Part shown: piece by piece, positions 54,353 to 64,000 of the stretch
Numbering within the stretch: the first letter of the stretch is position 1
Layout: each line of letters opens with the position of its first letter
Notes under the pieces: model-generated
Told to the model about the DNA's origin: nothing
Databases searched by the model: none
Seen by the model: the letters and a program-made list of their open reading frames with translations, nothing else
Program-made: the position numbers and the translations under genes
From: Octopus sinensis
Lineage: Eukaryota
Length of the DNA stretch: 64,000 bases
Reading direction: 5' to 3'
NCBI RefSeq assembly: GCF_006345805.1
Contig: NC_043000.1
Span: 139,872,001-139,936,000 of the forward strand

Positions 54353-55474
54353 TATACGAAGTGGTATTGACTAGGAAAAGTTTTTCGCTGCCATGTATCT
54401 TTCAATATATTTTTCAGTGTTTTCAGTCCCTCAGACATTGCTTAAATCTTGTAGATTCTTGCTGCCTTGTTTGATAGAAAAGTCAACTTCATTTACAAGT
54501 TCTATGTTACTGATTCTTGATTTTCTTTTGCGTTCCTCTGCTTCTTTCATTATGGGTCGGAGTTTGTTTTCCAGGTCTTTTGTTAATATCATCATTCAAT
54601 CTCATCTTTTGCTTAAATATGCTTGCAAACCAATCGTAGCTGTTTTATAAATAATTCACGATTGGTGTATTCTCTTCCATCTTCTTTTCTCGGCTGTTAA
54701 AGATGATCAATGCTTGCCTTGGGATAGTGCATTTTGTTGGAGGTGGGAAGTTTTCATTCTTTTCCATCTATTCTCAGAATCTGAAATAGTTTTCAGTTGA
54801 TGAGATTGAAATTATATTGCGCAATAGCTATATCCAAAGTATTGATAGCTTCGCAAACGTTAAACATATATGTTTTTCAACGAAAAGAAAGATGATAGTA
54901 CAAGACCTGCGAGACATATTCGGAGTTAAAATTAAAAGCTATAGCACGCTTTGCTGCATCTTAAAAAGAACGCAACCAAAACATTGAAATTATCAAAGAA
55001 ATCACTGACCATATGTTTGTACCCTAGGAGAGGCGTCAGAGTAACGCGCGAATTATAATAAAAGACATTGGAAACACGGTCAAAGCTAGTCAAACGAAAA
55101 GGTGGACAGAGGATCTCAAAATGTAGACGGAGGACCTCAAATAGACTAGCAAAACAAAATGTCATCTGAAAACCGCTGAGAATAACTAGAACTGTGTCAA
55201 ATAGATAGTGTTGAAACAAGGAGTATGCAATTAATGGTAGAGGTTAGATGGTTAGAAAGAAAGACAACATGTTATATTTGTTGGAGGGAAACACGCCTTA
55301 GAGTTGGATGCCGCTAAGAACTAGAAATACTAATTAGAACTAAAGTAAACGGAAACAATAAAGAGTATCTTCAAAAAGCAAGACAGTTTTCAGAGCACCA
55401 TCAGGAAAATCTCTGTGGTGAGCAATGTCTCCTAACAGTAAGTGCCACACATTCTTCGTTCGATACGGAAGTAG

Positions 55475-55683
55475 TTTTCCTTTCTACTAGAGGCAAAAAA
55501 CCTTAAATCTTTTAATAGAGTGGGGCTAGTCGATTACATCGAGCCTAGTGCTAAACTAGTGTTATTTCATCGATCACGAAATAATAAAAGACAAAGTCGA
55601 CCTCGACAGAATTTGAACTTATAATGTAAAGACAGACGAAATTTCGCTAAGCATTTTGTCCAGCGTATTAACGATTCTGCCCA
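55475..55683 (-). mobile_element. Old SINE-A, tail type 2
   Basis: ttctactagaggca..ctagtcgattacatcga..aaagtcgacctcgacagaatttgaact..aacgattctgcc. Confidence 0.75.
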
Positions 55684-56222
55684 ATGAAGAAAAAACTAAT
55701 AACAAAGGAAAATACGAAAAGAGAAAAGAGAAACAGTTTAATGGAAAGAATAAAACTTAATACAAAGCAAACGAAAGCAGGGGCTTGAGGAACAATTTCC
55801 TCTAAATAACAACAACATTTCCCAGAGATATCGAAGATGTACAAAGATTCACCATTCTTCAAAATTCAAACAGATACAGAGAATTATAAATCTGTGGAGC
55901 CATAAAGTCCAAAAATTTGTAATGACACATAATCGGTTACCACTTGGTTCATAAACCACACGCAAAAAATAGACTACTGGTAAAATTAAAATTAAACATA
56001 TCGAACCTGAAAATAAGCATCCCTAAAACGACGGCGTATTTCAGTATCTAATACTTCGAAAAAGCTTAATGGTGCAGGGTTGTAGAGTGCCCAGCTAAAC
56101 GTAATCAGTAATCATGTTTTATTTACTTTAAATTATATCTTATTTTGATTATTGTGCTTTGTCATACTTTTACCTAAATCCGTACAAATACGTTTGTATA
56201 TATATGTATAATTATATGAATA

Positions 56223-56260
<38 letters not shown>

Positions 56261-56484
56261 TGTTCGGATATGTGTGTGCGGGCATGTGTGTGTGTGCAGT
56301 TTATATATTGTATAATACCTTTTACCAAGCTTATTTCGTATTTGTTATGCTTGTGTTTTCACACTCCACTTTAGTTTGTCTTTTTCTGTAACATCTAGTG
56401 TTTCATATCTTTATCTTTCTGAGACCTTGTAGTTAATGCGGAAAACATTATTATTATTATTATTATTGTTATTATTATTATTAT

Positions 56485-56546
<62 letters not shown>

Positions 56547-57117
56547 ATATCGCCTAGCTGGAGGTGTGCTTTTGGAGAGCAGTAAATTTATGCTTAATTC
56601 GCTTGTTTTAAAAGGTTTTATACTGTATTTTGTTAATTAAATCGTTTTGCAAGCCAGCTGCCCTTCTGGCGGGGCTGACATTTGTTTAACCAAAGCCCCA
56701 TTTCGGGGGTGATACAAACTTTTTTGCATTCAAATTTCTTCGAAAATTTGCTTTCGAAGAAAGTAAGCATTGAAGATGGCGATGAAAAGCGGGGACGAGC
56801 AAGGAAGGTGGTACGGCAATTGTCAGGAGGATTTCCTTGCCCTGACCACCATGATTGGCAGTAGACAGCAAGAAGAAAAGAAGGAAGAAGGGAAGAGTCG
56901 AGTAAAGAAGAAAGAGGAGGAAAAGCAGAAAGAAAGTGAGAGGAAGGAAGGATTAAAATCTTCTTCACAACATGGAAATCGTAGTAGCACGCAAAACGAT
57001 ACTGAAAACAACTGCGGCGGAAATATATAACAAGAATGGAGTTAGCGGTGGGAAAGAAACCTTTGCAGATATCACGGCAGCTAGGGAATTCAGTTCAACA
57101 GTTAAGAGATCAGGAAT

Positions 57118-57272
57118 TATGGACATTATTTACACTATTTACAATTGACAGATCTTTGTCCTAATCTTGTTTGTTGTTAACACTGTTGTTTTGGCTGATA
57201 TACCCTCCAGCCTTCATCAGCTGTCTTGGGGGAAATTTCGAACCTGGGATCTTATTCCTAAGGTATTTTACG
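57118..57272 (-). mobile_element. Family F short repeat with degenerate hammerhead motif
   Basis: Minus strand 57224-57181: CTGATGA-A-GGCTG-gagggtatat-CAGCC-AAAA (G12 to A). A 3' fragment of the same family lies at 58700-58745 (+). Confidence 0.7.
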
Positions 57273-57330
57273 ATGTTTGTGTGTTGTTGTTGTTGTTGTT
57301 ATTATTATTATTAATATTATTATTATTATT

Positions 57331-57868
57331 GAGTGAGAGAGCAATACGAAACCCAATATACACATCATGACTACCCGTCTGATAAAGGTACACCAGGCAC
57401 ATGCATCACAACCATATGTGCGCGACATGGTGATCTCATATCAAGATAAACAGCACATGACCTTGCAGGTGGGGCCCAGTTAGAATTTTCTTCAGGTTGA
57501 GTAGCCCATCCCGCTCAAACGGTCCCTGAATAAGGGTTGTTTAAGGATGTTGAAAGAACCACCCATGTTTCCAGAGGTGAACTATTCAAACCCCAAAGAA
57601 TCCCTCTCAACACATGGCTATGATGCTCCTCCACTACTTCTGCTCGTGATCAGAGATGCACATATCGTCAGCCACTAAGGGACATGCTCAACTGGTTAAG
57701 GTCAAACAACTGACAAGCAAATCTGTGGTATTGAGCAGAATATTTGCTGTAGCCCATCTTTTATACCAAGACAAAACAATGTACATGATAACACTTCCAA
57801 TCAGTTAAGATCAGAAGGCATGAGAGCCACTGCCTGGTACTGCATCAGGGCATCGCCTGGTACTGCAT
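57331..57868 (-). mobile_element. Third copy of the 554-bp (TAA)n-associated element
   Basis: Reverse complement of 2119-2672 with a ~33-bp deletion near the 3' end and a 14-bp duplication at the 5' end; (ATT)n on both sides. Confidence 0.92.
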
Positions 57869-57875
57869 ATTATTA

Positions 57876-57957
<82 letters not shown>

Positions 57958-57967
57958 ATTATTATTA

Positions 57968-58074
57968 TTCAGGTCACTGCTTGGAATCGAACTCGGAATC
58001 TTGAGGTTAGTATCCCGCACTCTTAACCTCTGGGCATATGGCGTTGTGGTTAAGATTCCAATCAGTGACCTGAA
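57968..58074. mobile_element. Head-to-head pair of very short tRNA-derived SINE-E copies with (TAA)n tails
   Basis: Minus copy 57968-58028 (B box GAGTTCGATTCC, 5'-truncated); plus copy 58032-58074 (A box TGGCGTTGTGG, internally deleted). Both end cagtgacctgaa. Confidence 0.7.
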
Positions 58075-58091
58075 CAATCATCATCATCTTC

Positions 58092-58150
<59 letters not shown>

Positions 58151-58151
<1 letters not shown>

Positions 58152-58607
58152 TCTTTTTATTGGCCACACATGATTAGGAAACATAAAGTGACAAAACAGG
58201 ACGAGAGGTTACAAAGGGCTTTGTCCGTTTTTGAAAAAATCCGAGTAAAAACTGTTTAACAACGAAAGATTATAACAATGAAAAACTCCCAATAGGGGGA
58301 GGCGCTTCGAAAGGTTCCTGGTGGAAAAAAACCCATAGAAGCCAACGGGAGCCTGGTCAAAAGGGGGGTAGAGAGCCCTTTTCTCCTTTTATAAAACCTT
58401 TTTCAATCACAGGCGAAACCTGAGAATTGGTCCATTTATACTGGCCATTCTCGCACAATTCACCCACCTTTCAGAAAACTTGCTATCGGACAGCATTCTC
58501 CTCTCTAACCTCATCTTCCTTTTCAAGTGAAACTTGAAAAAGTTGATGAGGCCTTGACCAAAGTGGAAAGTGTCTGACTTTAGCCCTTTCAAACGGGTCC
58601 ACCATAC
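58151..58607 (-). mobile_element. 3' fragment of a Tx1/L1-clade-like LINE (ORF2 C-terminus and 3' UTR) inside (AAT)n
   Basis: ORF 58407-58592 (KGLKSDTFHFGQGLINFFKFHLKRKMRLER..FSERW) resembles L1/Tx1 ORF2 ends (from recall); pyrimidine-rich UTR ending aataaaaagaa; microsatellite on both sides. Confidence 0.6.
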
Positions 58608-58608
58608 A

Positions 58609-58675
<67 letters not shown>

Positions 58676-59094
58676 TTAATAATAATAATGATAATAATAA
58701 ACATCGAAAAATCCGTCAATTGTAAATAATGCAAATAATGTAGCTAAGGAATTGGTTAACATCTCATTGGAGAACAAAATAGAAAAACTAAACTAGGCAG
58801 CAAAATATATGAAAATGAACGGAAGTCAAAGCTGCATCTATCTCAAAATAGAATTAGCAATTTGTAACCTAAGGATTTCTCAAATTTCGAGGAAAGGGAG
58901 CTTAATCAAATGGGGCAATAGTATTTTGGTCATACAAAAAAATGATGATATTGATGACATTTCATTGTGTAGTCCTGGATAGTCAATGCTGAAAAGAACA
59001 CAATAGTCACGACTGGAACGCCATTCGTCTTTAATCCACTGCTCCATGAAGATTTGACTCAGGGCTTACCAATGACACCATAATGCTTGGCATG

Positions 59095-59640
59095 ATAATC
59101 ATCACCCACGTGATTGCTCTCCCCTTCTTTCTCCTCTTCCTCTACATTATCATCCTCGTCATCGTCATCATCACTACCACCGTGCCTAGCACCACCACCG
59201 TCCCCATCATCATCATCGTCATCACCATCATCATCATCATCACCATCACCATCATCATCATCACTATGATCACCATCACTATGATCACCTTCACCATCAT
59301 CACCATCACCACCACTACCACCACCACCGCTACCACCGCTACCACCACCACCATCGCCATCATCACCACCACCAACATCACCACCATCACCATCATCATC
59401 ACCATCGTCATCACCATCACCACCATCACCATCATCATCACCATCATCACCATCATCATCATTTTCATCATCATCACCACCATCACCATCATCACCATCA
59501 TCATCATCACCATCATCATCACCTTCATCATCACCATCATCACCATCATCATCACTTTCATCATCACCATCACCACCATCACCATCATCATCATCATCAC
59601 CATCACCATCATCATCATCACCATCATCATCATCATCTAC
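59095..59640. repeat. Degenerate (CAT/CAC)n trinucleotide array
   Basis: Visible low-complexity tract producing poly-I/T, poly-H and poly-M/V frames. Confidence 0.95.
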
Positions 59641-60035
59641 GTCAGTGATTTGCTTCCATATCGAAAAAAAATCGTCTTATTTTTTTTTGTATCAAATACT
59701 TCGACTGGAGCAACTGATTTATATAGAACCAAAATTCTCGCTGCATCCCACTACATTCTTTTCAATCTCACAAACAATGGAACTTTCAGAAACAAATCTA
59801 AATAAATAAAATAAATAAATCTATTTATTTATTCACGTATTTATAGTTTATTGATAATTGCTTTTCAAAAGTATGTCTATTGTAATTATTTTTTTTATCT
59901 TTGAGGAGTTATGAATGTAGGTTGAGCAATTCTGTCAGCAAATATTCTGTTAAGATAGCGCCGATTTCTGACTAGACTTGAAGGAACGATACATACATGT
60001 ATACAAACATACATAAACATATACATGTATATATA

Positions 60036-60076
<41 letters not shown>

Positions 60077-60077
60077 A

Positions 60078-60111
<34 letters not shown>

Positions 60112-60182
60112 TATATGTGAATGCATATATATATATATATATATGTACACAAACATACATAAACATATACATGTATATATAT

Positions 60183-60215
<33 letters not shown>

Positions 60216-60237
60216 GTATGTATATATATGCATACAT

Positions 60238-60372
60238 ACACACATATGTATATATATTTAGACACACAACATGTAAACTCATGTATGTATATTATATGCA
60301 TATATGCACACATATGTATATATATAGACACACAAGCATGTAAACACATGTATGTATATTATATGCATATAT

Positions 60373-60403
<31 letters not shown>

Positions 60404-60537
60404 CACACACATATATATATATATACATACTCATATGTATGCATATTATATGCATATATACACACATATGCATATATATAGACACACAAACATGTAAATA
60501 CATGTATGTATATTATATGCATATATACACACATATG

Positions 60538-60545
<8 letters not shown>
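60238..60545. repeat. ~67-bp minisatellite inside a TA/CA-rich tract
   Basis: acacatatgtatatat..agacacacaa.catgtaaa..catgtatgtatattatatgcatatat repeated three times plus one degenerate unit. Confidence 0.75.
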
Positions 60546-60605
<60 letters not shown>

Positions 60606-61363
60606 CTCATATGTATGTATGTATGTATTCTGTATGCATGTACGTATAAGTGTATGAATATGTGTGTATAACTCATTTAGTTTTTCAATACCACAGGCTG
60701 AGCCGGCATTTATCGAAATGGAATTTGAATTAAAAGTGTCACCCATCGGTTGCCGTGCTCTTATAGTATCAGTTCGTTACTTAAGTATATATATAATTAT
60801 TGTAAATGCGGTATTGTAAGGAGAATTATTGAACAAGTGAAGCGCAACTACAAAGTAGGCATTTGGTTTTGGGGGGATTCAATGGGAGTTTGTTGTTTCT
60901 ATGTTATTTTTCTCTTTCCTTGGTCAAAGGCCAGCGTCCAACCGCCCACTTTCACTTTCTCTTAGCGTTACATCCCGAACAATTGTCTACAGTGCATCAT
61001 TTTTTTTTCTTTATAGTCAGTCTAGTTGAAAGACGTCACTGACATTTTTCATCGCTTCACATTGCGTTATGTTTATCTAAGCCACATGAATTAAATTTTC
61101 ATTTTGCCTTATAATTCTCATCGTTCGGTTCTAGATACCAACTCTGAAATAAGCGAAAAATTCTGCTGATAATATGTCGGAACCGCTTTTATCTTCAATC
61201 AACGGGGAATGAAGGACGACATGCTTTCCTTGTTTGTATATTGTCCAGTATGTCTTACCTGTTGTCCGTGTTTCTGCTATCTTTCTCTTTCTCTCTTACT
61301 CTCTCTCCCTTTCTCTCTCTCCTTACCCTTCTCTCTCTCTCTCTCTTTCTCTGTATAAATGTA

Positions 61364-61403
<40 letters not shown>

Positions 61404-62023
61404 CGCGTATGCATAACTATCATATGGTGGGTATACTTCCCTATAATAAATAGGGAAGTATAATTTTAGCAGGGAACTGAGACGGAATAAATTAACAGAA
61501 AAGAAAGCATTTTAAATTTTAAATGCCCTTGTCGGAGGAAAGACGGCAGTACCTACGATATTTTGGTATCACCATGACTAGTGGGGAAAAAAACGAGATA
61601 TTTATATGCTATCAGGAAACGTGACATGGGTGCTTGCGACAGGCTAGAACTCATTAAATACACTAAAGGACCACGTGGTGATGTTACATCAAACGAAAAA
61701 TTAAACCTACAGCCTGAAAATATACAAACGATTGCTATAATTGATGTTCACAGTATTACCCAAACTAGGGAAAATTCTTCTGATTCTTATCCACAAAATT
61801 TGTCTCATCATGCAGTGGAGGCCCCAAGGCCGTAGCAGCGATGTTTCCTACAAAACCATGTTGCTAACTATCTTGTCATGCCTGTCACATAACGGCAGGT
61901 GATCTATTTAATTTGGCATAATATCTTGAAATATTGTACTTTCTACAATCACTAGATATATTCCGAATACATTTAAAAGGCTTGTATTTCTGTGCTTATC
62001 AATTAAATTAATTCTTGAGAATT

Positions 62024-62073
62024 CTTGAGACTGATGTCAGTTTCGGCAATTTCTGTTGCCATCATCAGTTAAG
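62024..62073 (-). ncRNA. Type I hammerhead ribozyme motif
   Basis: cttaa-CTGATGA-T-GGCAA-cagaaa-TTGCC-GAAA-CTGA-ca-TCAG-TC|tcaag: full core, 5-bp stem II, 4-5-bp stem III, GUC site, stem I with one mismatch. Confidence 0.75.
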
Positions 62074-62452
62074 TCAGGCCGGTGTTCGGCTCTTTCCGGA
62101 CCTGTTTTTCTAATATTATATATATATTTTTTCGTCATCTAAAGTAATGGATGTTTTAGCGATTCGCTAAAGTCTATACACAAAATTAATATAAATGCTT
62201 AGTTTTAAGAATTCTTGGCCGGTATTTTTCGGGCGATTATGGTCCGTGTTAGTGTATATGTTTTCATTGATCTGCGTTAACAACTGCATTAGCGCACCAA
62301 AATACAAGATGAACCAATATCTTGACATGAGGTGCAGAAGAAGGCAGCGGAATCAAACTCCCTTATACACCAAATGGGCCATATCTGGGGCAAAGGCGCA
62401 TACAGAAGTGGTGATGTGAAACATCCCAGACTGAGGAAACCAGAAAGACCAC

Positions 62453-62506
62453 GGTGGTGCACCAGCATGACCACAGCTGCATGACTGAAACGACTAAAAG
62501 AATAGA

Positions 62507-62510
<4 letters not shown>
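62453..62510 (+). mobile_element. Degenerate SINE-B-like 3' fragment
   Basis: ggtggtgcaccagcatgaccacag..tgactgaaac..taaaagaata. Confidence 0.55.
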
Positions 62511-62548
<38 letters not shown>

Positions 62549-62549
<1 letters not shown>

Positions 62550-62709
62550 TTCTTTATTTTCTCTCCTTGTTTCTTTCTGTGTTCTTTCTGTGGAAGAGCG
62601 TAGGTTTGAAACGTTAAATAATTTTTCACTTCCCGAGCGTTATACTAATACATGTGTTTGTTGTCTACTCCACCTGTCTTCGTCCTTTGTTTTTTTGTGA
62701 ATTCTCCCA
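62549..62709 (+). mobile_element. Family G (TA/CA)n-embedded repeat with degenerate hammerhead motif
   Basis: ttt-CTGTGGA-A-GAGC-gtag-gttt-GAAACGT-T-aaa at ~62585-62618; homologous to 26123-26285. Confidence 0.75.
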
Positions 62710-62722
62710 ATATACACACACA

Positions 62723-62771
<49 letters not shown>

Positions 62772-63429
62772 GCGTAACTAATGATGCTGTTCTAAAATAA
62801 CTAAATGATTTTGACGGCGTGAAACTTATTCACTAATAAAATAAAAGGCTTCATACAAATATAAGAAATCTTTATCTAAGAAAGAACTATAAGACAAATT
62901 TTATATTCTTATTGATTATAGTTGTCTCATTCATAAATTACCAGTGCTAGGTATTAATGTATACTAGCCATTATTTCCTATAACATGTGGATATGTGACA
63001 TGGTACTACATCAATGTGGAGTACGTGCTACAGTATTGGTTTCCCTTACATGCATTCGTCTTTATGTAAGTACATAAGCTCAACAATGCCCATAGGAGGG
63101 TATTACACAACTTTGCATCGTTAGATATGTATAAAAGGCGGCTTGTGAAAATACTTCATTCACATAAATACTCTTGCTCTATCTATATATCTATTTATTT
63201 ATTTATACACACACACACACGCACACACACACAACATGTATAGAATTAATATTACAACCACGATGAATCAATGGGTAAATAAAATAAATTTATTTAGCAG
63301 TATAATTATCCAAATATATCAAAGAAACTCGCTTTTTATATGTATAAATGTACACAAGCAAACAACAGGCACAGACAAACACTTACGTATAAAATTATAT
63401 AAGGAGGCATATAAATAGTTACACACATC

Positions 63430-63482
<53 letters not shown>

Positions 63483-64000
63483 TTATGCATACATTTATAT
63501 ATATGTGTATATGCATGTGTGTGTGTGTGTGTCAGCACACAGACACTCGCGCACACACACACACATACATATATGAGAGATAAAGGCTGAAATTTTCTGA
63601 TTAAACATCAACATTGATAAAAATCTAATTATGAATATTTGATGCACATTAGACATTTTTTTGTTGCAATCTATAAATTGAAATTCGGCTCATGAAAACC
63701 TCATTCCATGACCCTCGAGGGTTTATAAACATGACAGTGTTAATAGAATGTCTTACACTATTATCTTTAATCGACCAACGCAAGAATATATTTGCTGAAT
63801 TTTGGTAACGATTTCTTGCTCGGAATCATGACTCAGTATGTACAAGCCAGCAGAAAAAAATTCTTATTTTACAGTAACTTCCCCCACTTTTATTCGTCAT
63901 AGTTATTGATTCTTTTCTATTTCATGTTCATTACTGAATCTTTTATTATCTAGCATTTACGCCCTCCCAATTTTCCCTTATATACATTCGTAGATACATA

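Larger units (their letters stand above)
53025..54760 (-). mobile_element. Old R4/Dong-like LINE, fragmented by later insertions
   Basis: Minus-strand motifs in the expected order: MHYPKASIDHL.QPRKEDG..KTATIGL (~54750-54620), CR...DTIDYIFSGC..ARHD.V.YIHW (~54070-53950), ILLDF.TQT, LPDIITKD..FVDITV (~53380), YEIQKILLSSTVHFLRKFISL (~53150-53075). Confidence 0.8.

Noticed and set aside
59083-59805. 240-aa ORF and overlapping 164-aa ORF, the longest in the window
   Set aside because: Translations of a (CAT/CAC)n array, with no splice or homology support.
61520-61835. MPLSEERRQYLRYFG frame and 84-aa ORF in unique DNA
   Set aside because: Needs a frameshift to join, has no convincing splice pair, and shows no recognisable homology.

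Overview
AT-rich animal genomic DNA dominated by repeats. The SINE, LINE and microsatellite content looks like an octopus (coleoid cephalopod) genome, judged from recall of these repeat families rather than a database search. I found no intact, recognisable protein-coding gene; nearly all ORF-track entries are microsatellite translations or transposon relics. Mobile elements: five tRNA-derived SINE families (my labels A-E) with chimeric and tandem forms, three decayed R4/Dong-like restriction-like-endonuclease LINEs, a Tx1/L1-like 3' fragment, hAT, mariner and maT transposase relics, two MITEs, two Helitron 3' ends, a Penelope-like RT relic, and a 554-bp non-coding element found only in (TAA)n. 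A CpG-rich patch at 14.2-14.5 kb has clustered YY1, ETS and NRF1 motifs and looks like a housekeeping promoter. The most unusual signals are: (1) short elements embedded in (TA)n that carry hammerhead-ribozyme-like motifs and repeatedly end in long fold-back palindromes or sit beside inverted duplications of flanking DNA; (2) a near-canonical type I hammerhead at 62.0 kb; (3) SINE-A head-to-tail multimers with a fixed 184-bp unit and junction, whose tail matches the 3' end of the Tx1-like LINE; (4) SINEs C and D present in all four head/tail combinations. All alignments, translations and folds were done by eye, and family labels are provisional.
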